Virus record (IMG/VR): IMGVR_UViG_3300037043_000431
Coordinates: 1 to 25,616 of that record
Length of the DNA: 25,616 bases
Reading direction: 5' to 3' (one strand)
From: a virus
Taxonomy: Duplodnaviria > Caudoviricetes
The translations under genes and the position numbers were made by a program. Positions 1 through 7,701 of the stretch are shown here, piece by piece; within the stretch, counting starts at the first letter, position 1; each line of letters begins with the position of its first letter. The notes under the pieces are model-generated. The model made no database searches. It had not been told where the DNA came from and saw nothing but the letters and a program-made list of their open reading frames with translations.

Positions 1-297
1 ATCGGCCACTGTTTTTAAGAGCGCTGAGAGGAGAGAGAGGGCCTCGGTTCCGGATCCGGCGTCCTGTATGGCGAGGGTGACCGCGATGGCCGGTTGCTCT
101 GCTCCATACCCGCTATCCGGCACAGATAGAGACACGGCAACGCCGCCGATGGCGTCTGTCCCGGCTGCAGCATCGGCCACTGTTTTTAAGAGCGCTGAGA
201 GGAGAGAGAGGGCCTCGGTTCCGGATCCGGCGTCCTGTATGGCGAGGGTGACCGCGATGGCCGGTTGCTCTGCTCCATACCCGCTATCCGGCACAGA
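1..297. repeat. 171-bp-period intragenic duplication
   Basis: 1..126 is identical to 172..297; period 57 aa = 3 x 19-aa units. Confidence 0.95.
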
Positions 298-1338
298 GAG
301 AGCCGCTGCTATATTGGATACCGCATCTGCCCCGTGGCCTGTCTCCTGGGGGGATAGATGGGCGAGTATTTGGGCGATAGAGTCGGTCCCGCGGGCTGCC
401 TCGGCCAATGCAAGCGCTGCTCTGAGTTGGCTTATCAGGTCGGCGCCGTGCCCTGTTTCGGCGACAGGAACGGCGGCGGCCATGCCGGCCATGGCGTCTG
501 ATCCGTAGCCGGCCTCGGCAATAGCCAGCGATACGAGTACCTGGTTGATCGCGTCTGCCCCGGCGCCGGCATCGGTGACGGTCTTGCTCACCGTTGGCGG
601 ATACTGTCCCAGTGCGATGGCTGTCGCCTCATCGGCGGTGATGGCGCGGTTGAAGATGACAAGCTCGTCCATGAGGCCGTCAAAGTGCTCATATGGCACC
701 CCACTAACTGTGAATGCTCCAATTTGCAAATTGGCAGTGGTAACTGATATTCCGTTTGCATCAAGGGTGGCCGTACCAGTCTTGTCTGTGCCTACGACAT
801 TGCCGCTCGCATCTCGAATGCGAATTGCATAACTTTTGTCTGCGTTTGTATAGGTATAGGTGATATGATACCAAGTATCTGCGGAAAGGTCAGAAGCATG
901 TAAAATGTGTTCTCTTGATAATCCGCTATTAAATCCAAGAGTTAATCGTGCATTATTAACCCCACCGGCATTTGCTATAGAAGTATTAAGGCTTCTGCCG
1001 CCGCTGTTGAATTCGTATTTGCCAATGATGGTAAGACCATCACCGTCCCCTGCAAAATTCTCCAGTCTTACCCAGAGGGATAGTGAAACCGTCTTATTCG
1101 TAGTGCCGCTCTTTAGCGGAAAATTGGAAGATAAATTCGCGTCAGTACGATAGAAGTACTCTGAATTGTCAAGCTCAAAATCGGCGCTGGCCGCACCCTC
1201 ACGGTATCTGGCGGTATCTGCAACCACCGTATTGACGTCGGTGAGGGTGTTTGTCGCTTTTGAGTCTGTGGTTAACTCGCCGCTCTCGAATCTGTAGAGA
1301 GCTACGCAATCGGCGTCGGCGGAGAAATTATTCGGCAC
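1..1338 (-). CDS. LamG/ConA-like jellyroll domain plus ~19-aa repeat region, probable virion fibre/adhesin (3' end outside window; absent from ORF track)
   Basis: Manual translation from GTG at 1338 behind AAGGAG: MPNNFSADADCVALYRFESG...SLSLWVR...TWYHITYTY...FDGLMDELVIFNRAIT (LamG motifs), then D/E-x-G-x-G-x-D/E repeats; frame open to base 1. Confidence 0.85.
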   Translation of the reverse strand, partial: MPNNFSADADCVALYRFESGELTTDSKATNTLTDVNTVVADTARYREGAASADFELDNSEYFYRTDANLSSNFPLKSGTTNKTVSLSLWVRLENFAGDGDGLTIIGKYEFNSGGRSLNTSIANAGGVNNARLTLGFNSGLSREHILHASDLSADTWYHITYTYTNADKSYAIRIRDASGNVVGTDKTGTATLDANGISVTTANLQIGAFTVSGVPYEHFDGLMDELVIFNRAITADEATAIALGQYPPTVSKTVTDAGAGADAINQVLVSLAIAEAGYGSDAMAGMAAAVPVAETGHGADLISQLRAALALAEAARGTDSIAQILAHLSPQETGHGADAVSNIAAALSVPDSGYGAEQPAIAVTLAIQDAGSGTEALSLLSALLKTVADAAAGTDAIGGVAVSLSVPDSGYGAEQPAIAVTLAIQDAGSGTEALSLLSALLKTVAD

Positions 1339-1360
1339 TTATGCTCCTTTTATAATAAAG

Positions 1361-1560
1361 ACTGTTCTTCGTGCTTAGTGCCTCGTGCTTCGTTGTTAAC
1401 CGGGAACCAGGAACGAGGAACGAGGAACTGTTCTTCGTGCTTAGTGCCTCGTGCTTCGTTGTTAACCGGGAACCAGGAACGAGGAACGAGGAACTGTTCT
1501 TCGTGCTTAGTGCCTCGTGCTTCGTTGTTAACCGGGAACCAAGAACGAGGAACGAGGAAC
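1361..1560. repeat. 3 x 66-bp tandem repeat built from inverted heptamer arrays
   Basis: Units start at 1361, 1427 and 1493, with one mismatch in unit 3; GTGCTTC-like 7-mers followed by GAACGAG-like 7-mers. Confidence 0.95.
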
Positions 1561-1566
1561 ACGGTA

Positions 1567-2043
1567 TCATGAAAGTCCCTCCAGGGTGGCACGGGTGAAG
1601 ATGCTGTCGTCTATCACAAACCAGTCGTCCCAGATTCCCTGGGGTGTTTCCGGCCCCTCGCTGTGCCTGTATATCCAATGGCTGCCCCTGTTCCCATACG
1701 CATCAGGATCGAGGGCGTTGTACCAGAGTTCGATTGTCAGCCACCACCCCCATCCGGTCGGCGCCTGGTAGACGTCTATCCGGATATTGAACGGTAATTT
1801 TGCCTGGGCCTTGAACTCGGCCGGGTCGAAACTGTTCCAGGATTCCGCCTGATCGTCGGGATGGAGGGCGATATCAGGGGAGGCCACGGCAACGCCGTCA
1901 CCGTCTGCCGGCGGCGTCTTTAACCCTTGGAAATATTTGCCCTTGGCAATAAAATACTTTTCCTGGTTTTTTTTGGTCTGGGTAATAAGGCTGTCAACCA
2001 GGGTCATCAGCTCCTTGTATTTCGGATGTGATTGAATCGCCAC
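1567..2043 (-). CDS. hypothetical protein, Trp/Asp-rich C-terminus
   Basis: 158-aa ORF, GTG start behind GGAGGT. Confidence 0.8.
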   Translation of the reverse strand: MAIQSHPKYKELMTLVDSLITQTKKNQEKYFIAKGKYFQGLKTPPADGDGVAVASPDIALHPDDQAESWNSFDPAEFKAQAKLPFNIRIDVYQAPTGWGWWLTIELWYNALDPDAYGNRGSHWIYRHSEGPETPQGIWDDWFVIDDSIFTRATLEGLS

Positions 2044-2052
2044 CTATACCTC

Positions 2053-2081
2053 CGGTTCATCCCCGCGTGCGCGGGGAACAT
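2053..2081 (-). CRISPR. solitary type I-E-like CRISPR repeat (not an array)
   Basis: Minus strand ATGTTCCCCGCGCACGCGGGGATGAACCG, 29 nt, matches the GTGTTCCCCGCG-N-CGCGGGGATGAACCG type I-E pattern; no second copy one spacer away. Confidence 0.8.
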
Positions 2082-2207
2082 GTGCCTGGTGCTTGGTGCC
2101 TGGTGCGCGGAACTGTTCTTTGTTCGTGGTTCTTCGTTCTTGGTTTGTTACCGACGAAGAACGAGGCACTAAGAACCAAGAACTACGAACCAGGAACACG
2201 GTATCAT
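2082..2207. repeat. heptamer inverted array, same family as 1361-1570
   Basis: GTGCCTG/GTTCTTC arm, then GAACGAG/GAACCAA arm; ends in AGGAACACGGTATCAT, identical to 1555-1570. Confidence 0.9.
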
Positions 2208-2215
2208 CAACCTCC

Positions 2216-2449
2216 TCAGTAGGCATAAAACTTGTTGTTGAGCCAGCAGGATATGCGCATGAGCAGAACATCCATCAGGTATTCGAGTTCCTGCACGTTA
2301 AAGCTATGCTGATTTAATCCTTTCCGGATCTCGTTGATGCTCATTTCCTGCAGGGCTGCCTTGTGCGTCTTGAGGGGTAGATCCTCTTTTAACCCCGGGA
2401 TGCTCAACGCTTCTTTTCCCCAGTCTATCCTGTTACGATGTCGTGCCAT
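2216..2449 (-). CDS. hypothetical protein
   Basis: 77-aa ORF fitting between neighbouring genes on the same strand. Confidence 0.65.
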   Translation of the reverse strand: MARHRNRIDWGKEALSIPGLKEDLPLKTHKAALQEMSINEIRKGLNQHSFNVQELEYLMDVLLMRISCWLNNKFYAY

Positions 2450-2471
2450 TATTGCTTCCAGTTGTAGATTT

Positions 2472-2819
2472 TCATGGCTTTAACATTATATTTACCGGTT
2501 TTGCGGGTGCTCCCGGTCGCACTAAATCGAAAGGGGTAGCGACACTGCACACCTCCCCCCACGCTGGATCTGCGGCACATGCCTTAAATGTCAGGCTTGT
2601 TGTCCCCACCGGGGCCGCGGCTACGTCCAGCTTGATTGCCCCGTCCGTCTGTGCGGGCTCCGAGGGCGATGTCCAGCCGGTAATCTTATAGAACTGCACC
2701 CCTGTTTGTGGATCACAGACGATATACGGGGCGGCCCGGGCCTGCGGAGGGGCTAATAACTGATAGCTTAGAGCTGTGAGCAGGAACAAGATAATCAAAC
2801 TATATTTGATGCGTTTCAT
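2472..2819 (-). CDS. exported beta-rich hypothetical protein (signal peptide, possibly Ig/FN3-like)
   Basis: MKRIK + hydrophobic stretch + ARA-A site; AGGAGG RBS. Confidence 0.75.
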   Translation of the reverse strand: MKRIKYSLIILFLLTALSYQLLAPPQARAAPYIVCDPQTGVQFYKITGWTSPSEPAQTDGAIKLDVAAAPVGTTSLTFKACAADPAWGEVCSVATPFDLVRPGAPAKPVNIMLKP

Positions 2820-2832
2820 GGCGCCTCCTGTT

Positions 2833-2905
2833 GGTTCAAGATTACCGATTCAAGGTTCAAGATTTTTGAAGGCAGTTTCATCTGTAATCTTGAACCTTGA
2901 ATCGG
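2833..2905. repeat. perfect 20-bp inverted repeat of TTCAAGG-type heptamers after the capsid stop
   Basis: CCGATTCAAGGTTCAAGATT (2845-2864) / AATCTTGAACCTTGAATCGG (2886-2905). Confidence 0.9.
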
Positions 2906-2910
2906 GTTGC

Positions 2911-3900
2911 TTACGTTAGCAACGTGTCTTTCCACATGTAGCCCATGTCTGCGCCGGTCGCGACGATATCCGTCTCTTCGGCACATTCGTAGACGTCCTG
3001 GTGCTCGGCTGGCTCCCGCCATACAGTGGTTTTTCTTGCCGTATTCCCCTGCTCAATGTACCAGGACCTCGCCTGATACCCGGCAGACGGAATCTTCAGG
3101 CCGGGACTCGAGGGACGGTAAAACAGAAAGGCCATGCCCTTGCCCGCCGTTAATTCCCATACGTTTGTGGAGGCAAACTCGGTGCCTGCCTTGGTCTCTT
3201 TGGCTGTTGACTTAATGGCCTCGCCTATCAATACCTCATCGAGATCGAGCATTGCGGCGATGAGTTCCGCCGTCAGCACACCCCTCTGGGTGTACTTGAT
3301 TTTGTCGATTAGTTCCTCAACCTTTTTGAGCTTGCCGTATGTACCGGCATCGAGGGCCAGCGTGTTGGGTCGCATCCCCGTGGCCGCTCTGATCAGCTCT
3401 ATTTTGTCCGACACATCGTCGAAAAAGGTATTCGTCGCCCCAACGGGCGCCCAAAGGCCCTCTGCATCCTCGCCTCCTGCCGCGATCCCGCTCCAGACAG
3501 TTTCCTTGATCAGCGCAGCTGTGCGGACTTCTTTCTTGAGGTCGATTTTGTCGGCCGCGAATTCGATGGCGTCCTGGTCGGGTTTGAGCGGCGGCGCAAG
3601 CTGCCGCTTTGCGTTCCGTCTGTCCTCATCGGTCACCTCTTTTGCAAATGCATATTCCTTCGTGTTAATGTCCAGGTAATCGGCCGGAAAGCTACCCCGT
3701 TTCGCCCTGGTGCCGGCCGCCCTCACGTCGGCTTCGTCCCTGAACCATGCCCCTTTCAGATGCCGCGTGATCTTAGCCTTCGGGTCTACGTTGTCGATCA
3801 GCGGGAAGACCCGGTCTGCAATGTACTTTTTGTTACGATAGGCGATGCTGACGTTTGCCAGCGGACCGCTCACTAACATTTCTCTCACGTCGGGTGCCAT
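2911..3900 (-). CDS. major capsid protein
   Basis: 329 aa, N-terminus LANVSIAYRNKKYIADRVFP typical of phage capsid proteins; follows protease and decoration genes; strong RBS. Confidence 0.85.
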   Translation of the reverse strand: MAPDVREMLVSGPLANVSIAYRNKKYIADRVFPLIDNVDPKAKITRHLKGAWFRDEADVRAAGTRAKRGSFPADYLDINTKEYAFAKEVTDEDRRNAKRQLAPPLKPDQDAIEFAADKIDLKKEVRTAALIKETVWSGIAAGGEDAEGLWAPVGATNTFFDDVSDKIELIRAATGMRPNTLALDAGTYGKLKKVEELIDKIKYTQRGVLTAELIAAMLDLDEVLIGEAIKSTAKETKAGTEFASTNVWELTAGKGMAFLFYRPSSPGLKIPSAGYQARSWYIEQGNTARKTTVWREPAEHQDVYECAEETDIVATGADMGYMWKDTLLT

Positions 3901-3905
3901 AGTAT

Positions 3906-3938
3906 TTCCTCCTTTATCCTGAATTTATTTCAGGGTCT
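3906..3938 (-). promoter_or_regulatory. hairpin + AAAGGAGGAA translation-initiation module, copy 1
   Basis: 31/33 identical to 4710-4742. Confidence 0.7.
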
Positions 3939-3940
3939 GT

Positions 3941-4705
3941 TTAATGTACGCTCGTGCCGAGGCTGTAAATAGTCACGGCTTCAGAGGACCCGGTCACGGC
4001 GGTAAACACGGCCAGGAACCTCTTTGAATTGTTCTGGGCGATGGTCATGGTGCCGGAGAGCGTTACGCCGGCCCCTGACGTCAGGGTAATCACCTCGGAA
4101 GCATCCGCTGTATTGCGGATGGTAAACTCAAAGCTCGATCCAATCACTGCGCCGGTAAATCCGGCCACGAGCAAGGCTGCGGTTGGAGTTACATCTGAGC
4201 GTGCGCCGCCGTTCGGGTCGCGCAAAATCAGGCCGCCGAGGAGCTCAGCCGCCGTATATGTCTTGGCCCCTGCCGTTGAGTCTGTGGTGACTGTTGTTCT
4301 GTCCAGAGCCTGGTAGGCAACGCCGGGGATGGGGGTAATAAGCAGGACAGAAGCAAGATCATCCTCTGCGCCGGAGGCCTCAAGGACTATGGCCTTGGCC
4401 TTGGCGAGATCGCCGGTCATATCTGCACCCTTGCCTGCATCTGTGGCGCTCACGTACTCAAGTCCCACGAAGGTGCCGATGCCGACGGCTGCGTTCATCT
4501 GGAGCTTGCTTTGGCCGATCAGCCGTACTGCTGCCGCCTCGCCAATGGCAGGGGCATTCTGCAGTATGCCGATGGCGTTTTCCGCTGCGGAATCAGGCCG
4601 TCTCACCGTGCCGGTGGATGTAATGACAACCCACCGGTACCGGTCGTTTGACAGGTCTTCCGCTGCCGGAAAGGAAAGGTCTAAAATCTTGTTTTCAGTA
4701 GCCAT
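3941..4705 (-). CDS. capsid decoration/cement protein (DUF2190-like N-domain plus extra C-domain)
   Basis: AAEDLS...AIGILQNAP...GEAAAV motif; position between scaffold and capsid. Confidence 0.7.
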   Translation of the reverse strand: MATENKILDLSFPAAEDLSNDRYRWVVITSTGTVRRPDSAAENAIGILQNAPAIGEAAAVRLIGQSKLQMNAAVGIGTFVGLEYVSATDAGKGADMTGDLAKAKAIVLEASGAEDDLASVLLITPIPGVAYQALDRTTVTTDSTAGAKTYTAAELLGGLILRDPNGGARSDVTPTAALLVAGFTGAVIGSSFEFTIRNTADASEVITLTSGAGVTLSGTMTIAQNNSKRFLAVFTAVTGSSEAVTIYSLGTSVH

Positions 4706-4709
4706 GTGC

Positions 4710-4742
4710 TTCCTCCTTTATCCTGAATGTATTTCAGGATCT
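4710..4742 (-). promoter_or_regulatory. hairpin + AAAGGAGGAA translation-initiation module, copy 2
   Basis: ATCCTGAA-loop-TTCAGGAT directly before the SD. Confidence 0.7.
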
Positions 4743-5376
4743 ATTTACTGATGCTGTCAGCGTATTCGGCTGCAAGCTCGGGGGTTTTTGTCTGAACTTC
4801 TGTGAATGCCGCACTGTAGGTGAGTTTGTCGTTTGCCTTCATCCTTTCCCGGGTGAGCGCATCCAGCTTCTGTGCAGCCTGACCTTTCGGGGCGGTGTCC
4901 TTGTCTTCTCCGGCCACCTCTTTAAACTCGATGGCCTTGGGCAGACCGGCAAGGAAAAACTGCATGAATTCAATGGGGCTTTGTTTTTTCTTTCCATCGC
5001 CCTCGCCGAACTCGATGGTGGTCTCGATGGAGGCGATCTGCTCCAGGAAGTTCACGAGCCCCATGCCGTGCTTCATCATGGCCGGGGTGAGCTTGCCTTT
5101 TTGCACCAGGCCCTCGCAGAAGGATGCGACTGCAGCTTTGCGGGCAGCTGCCTCGGCTTGCCTAATGGCGTCTTCGCGAAGCTTGAACTCGTCGTCCTTC
5201 TTTTTCTGCGTCTCTGCAAACTCCGCTGTCAGGCGGGTTTTTTCCGCCTCTACCTTTGCCGCTACCTCAACATTCACCTGTGCCGTGATATCTGCTTCAG
5301 AAAATGTCCGGGGCAGATCATCGAGGGTGACGCCGTCCTTGCCGGCCAGGGTCTTAATCCATTCTAAAAACTTCAT
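4741..5376 (-). CDS. nested in-frame scaffold protein (Mu gpZ-like)
   Basis: Internal AAGGAGGT-N7-ATG (MKFLEWIK) before the coiled-coil half. Confidence 0.7.
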   Translation of the reverse strand: MKFLEWIKTLAGKDGVTLDDLPRTFSEADITAQVNVEVAAKVEAEKTRLTAEFAETQKKKDDEFKLREDAIRQAEAAARKAAVASFCEGLVQKGKLTPAMMKHGMGLVNFLEQIASIETTIEFGEGDGKKKQSPIEFMQFFLAGLPKAIEFKEVAGEDKDTAPKGQAAQKLDALTRERMKANDKLTYSAAFTEVQTKTPELAAEYADSISK

Positions 5377-5817
5377 AATGTGTACCTCCTTGTTTTTTGA
5401 GTCGTTCAGGGTAAACTCGAAATGTGAAACCTGTTTATCATTAAACGCTATATCCGGGAGCCCTTTGACCGCCGGAGGGTTCCCGCCTAAAAACCCGATG
5501 TGCCGCAGCGTGCCGTCTTCATAGAGCGAGACGGAGCGTTTCTTGTACAGGCCCCGTTCGATAAGGTCATCTAACTCCGGGACGATCTCTGCATCTGCCC
5601 ATAGGGTGTCTCCTTCTATAAATAATTTTTTTGCCCAGCCGAAAGCCGGGGAGTTGGTTTCGGGGTGGCCGATGACGACAGGGGCCTCGTGGCCGGCAGG
5701 ATCATAGGCCCCGGCAATGCGGGCGAGATCCTCGATGGTCCATTCCTTTTTTTGACCGGCGGAGTCGGTATGGGTGCCCGCTTTGAAGATTGCCATCCGT
5801 CTTTCTACAAAATCCAT
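4741..5817 (-). CDS. prohead protease/scaffold (Mu gpI-like)
   Basis: IFKAGTHTDS, APVVIGHP, AFGW, YKKRSVS, LRHIGFLGGNPPAVKGL motifs; start moved to ATG 5817 behind GGAGG. Confidence 0.9.
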   Translation of the reverse strand: MDFVERRMAIFKAGTHTDSAGQKKEWTIEDLARIAGAYDPAGHEAPVVIGHPETNSPAFGWAKKLFIEGDTLWADAEIVPELDDLIERGLYKKRSVSLYEDGTLRHIGFLGGNPPAVKGLPDIAFNDKQVSHFEFTLNDSKNKEVHIMKFLEWIKTLAGKDGVTLDDLPRTFSEADITAQVNVEVAAKVEAEKTRLTAEFAETQKKKDDEFKLREDAIRQAEAAARKAAVASFCEGLVQKGKLTPAMMKHGMGLVNFLEQIASIETTIEFGEGDGKKKQSPIEFMQFFLAGLPKAIEFKEVAGEDKDTAPKGQAAQKLDALTRERMKANDKLTYSAAFTEVQTKTPELAAEYADSISK

Positions 5818-5946
5818 GCCGTGCCTCCCTCTAAAAATCCCGTGTGTTGGCAATTGTCATGTTTATAACAGATGTCAATCGGGTTATAGTGTTTGTGGCC
5901 ATGTTGACCCCCAAAAACGCACCACAGGGCAAATTTGAGCATCGGT

Positions 5947-6441
5947 TCATTGTGCCCCCATAAGGTAGCGTTCAATCGTTTTTTTGATCTCCGTCCAGTC
6001 TTCATCCTGAACCGCGAGAAACGGCCTTGCCGGAATGGTCACCTTTCGCCCTCTGCCTGCCTTGCCGCCGAGCTGGTGAATGGCCGCGTATATCACGTTT
6101 GTCCCTATCTCCACGCGATCGTTCCGTGCCCTGGAGGTGACGGAATTCATGAGCCGCGCCGTGTCGATGAGTACCTTGCCGCCTGCGAGCTTCCGGGATG
6201 ACCCGGTCTTAAGGCCTCCCCGTTGTGTAAACTTCTTTTTGCTTATGCCTCCCAGGATGGTTGCCAGGGCATGAGGCTTCCACTTCTCCGGCCTGCCGCC
6301 TTTCATGAAATTCTTGATGACCGACGATCTGACCAGCTCGCCCACCTCTTTCATAAAGGAGGTCATGTTTCCCATACGCTCCTGGAGGCGTGCAAGCATA
6401 TCCTTCACTCCATGATCTTTCAGCTCAACCTTTATGATCAC
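5947..6441 (-). CDS. phage virion morphogenesis protein (Mu gpG-like)
   Basis: LIDTARLMNS...IGTNVIYAAIHQLGG...IPARPFL motifs. Confidence 0.9.
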   Translation of the reverse strand: MIIKVELKDHGVKDMLARLQERMGNMTSFMKEVGELVRSSVIKNFMKGGRPEKWKPHALATILGGISKKKFTQRGGLKTGSSRKLAGGKVLIDTARLMNSVTSRARNDRVEIGTNVIYAAIHQLGGKAGRGRKVTIPARPFLAVQDEDWTEIKKTIERYLMGAQ

Positions 6442-6469
6442 TTGACACCATCCGTTGTTGTGCTATACT
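6442..6469 (+). promoter_or_regulatory. sigma70-type promoter, antisense to the late operon
   Basis: TTGACA (6442-6447), 16 nt, TATACT (6464-6469), with TG at the extended -10 position. Confidence 0.75.
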
Positions 6470-6476
6470 CTATTTT

Positions 6477-6590
6477 AGAAACCGGTGTGCAAAGGCGAGA
6501 TTGCAGTGTGGACGGCCACATAACTGCATGAAGGTCGCCCGGAGAGGCCGTAATCTCCGCGTGAGGGTCCCTTTGTATAACCGGTTTTTT
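6477..6590 (+). ncRNA. putative structured small RNA
   Basis: 17-bp closing stem 6479-6495/6570-6587 with G.U pairs, inner helices GAGATT/AATCTC, GCAGT/ACTGC and GTGG/CCAC, ends in a T6 run; lies directly behind the promoter. Confidence 0.65.
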
Positions 6591-7701
6591 ATCGTCCATA
6601 GATAAAAATTCCCTCCCGGTGTTTGTTCGCTTTTTTGTCTTTTGCCTCCATTATATTCCAAAGGATGCTCCCGTCACGGTTTACACGAACGACAGCAACC
6701 ATATCGTGGTCGCCCTTGAAGAGACCTATGTATTGCCGCCGCCATCCGTCGGCATATTTGGTCAACCATATTTCACGGGGAGCAGTCAGAGTAGGAAGTA
6801 TGAAATTGGCATAACGTTCCCTGGCCTCAAGGCGCTTCTCCAGCATATGGGGCAACCGGTCTGCGTGAATAATCACGTCCTCTATGGGCGTCGTGATTGT
6901 CCTGAATCTGATCTCTTCTGTCAGCCCCGTTGCTCTCATGACTGTCTCCATTGCTTCTCTTTGTGTGGAGGCAGCCGGTTCAAGGTTTGGTTTCGGAAGT
7001 CGCGCTTCGTCGGGAATATTTCGCAAATCATCCCTTCCGTAGTCTTTCCATGTCTTCTGACCGGCAACGATTGTTCCAGGGGCTGCCGCGTTTTTGTCGA
7101 ACACTGTCTCGCCGGGAGCACGGTCAAACCCCGGGTCGGCAATAGGGCCTGCTTTCCTGGCCACCTCTCCGCCTTCGCGGTCAAACTCGCTTTGAGACAG
7201 GGAGAGCACCGTGCATCGGCAGTTGAACCCGTTGGGGGGATATGATGTCTGCCAGAAAGGATCGTCCGCAGCAAGCGTCTTGCCGTGCATGGCAGCGTGG
7301 GAAGGACGCACCCTGCCGTCCATAACCGCCACGTACTGCCAGTACGGACGTTCTTTGGCCAGCTCCTTCTGCTGCTCATAGTGGCCTGCCTGGTACGCCT
7401 GCTGGATGTTGGTGCGGAAGACGGTGTCCAGGCGCCAGGGCGCCATGCCCTCCCAGCCGGATTTCTCCATAATGGACTTTGCGGCTTTCTTGAATTCGGA
7501 GAAGGTTGTGCCTTCTACAACGGCTTTTTCAAGGGCGCTATACATACCGCCGATCACATCCATGCGGGCCGTGCCGGTAACGGTAAAGGCTTTTTGTTTT
7601 GCGGCATCGACGAGTCTGCGGTACTGATCGGGTTTCATGGGAACCTTGTTCCGGAAAAACGCAATAGCCTCTTCAAAGGGCAGGAGGGTAAACTCAATCA
7701 C
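6589..7701 (-). CDS. MuF minor head protein with C-terminal PBECR2-like nuclease fold
   Basis: RLDTVFRTNIQQAY, YWQYVAVMDGRVRPSH, PPNGFNCRC (MuF); C-terminal RERYANFILPTL..P.EIW...RRQYIGLF...REGIFIYGR resembles PBECR2. Confidence 0.85.
   Translation of the reverse strand: MIEFTLLPFEEAIAFFRNKVPMKPDQYRRLVDAAKQKAFTVTGTARMDVIGGMYSALEKAVVEGTTFSEFKKAAKSIMEKSGWEGMAPWRLDTVFRTNIQQAYQAGHYEQQKELAKERPYWQYVAVMDGRVRPSHAAMHGKTLAADDPFWQTSYPPNGFNCRCTVLSLSQSEFDREGGEVARKAGPIADPGFDRAPGETVFDKNAAAPGTIVAGQKTWKDYGRDDLRNIPDEARLPKPNLEPAASTQREAMETVMRATGLTEEIRFRTITTPIEDVIIHADRLPHMLEKRLEARERYANFILPTLTAPREIWLTKYADGWRRQYIGLFKGDHDMVAVVRVNRDGSILWNIMEAKDKKANKHREGIFIYGR

Noticed and set aside
1-297. Duplication as a DGR template/variable repeat pair
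   Set aside because: Copies are identical with no adenine-specific differences; no reverse transcriptase in the window
1361-1560. 66-bp periodic repeat as a CRISPR array
   Set aside because: Whole units are near-identical; there are no unique spacers
6470-6661. 63-aa - strand ORF as the MuF immunity protein
   Set aside because: Starts 73 nt inside muF with no clear SD; the region is better explained by the + strand promoter and RNA fold, though not strictly excluded
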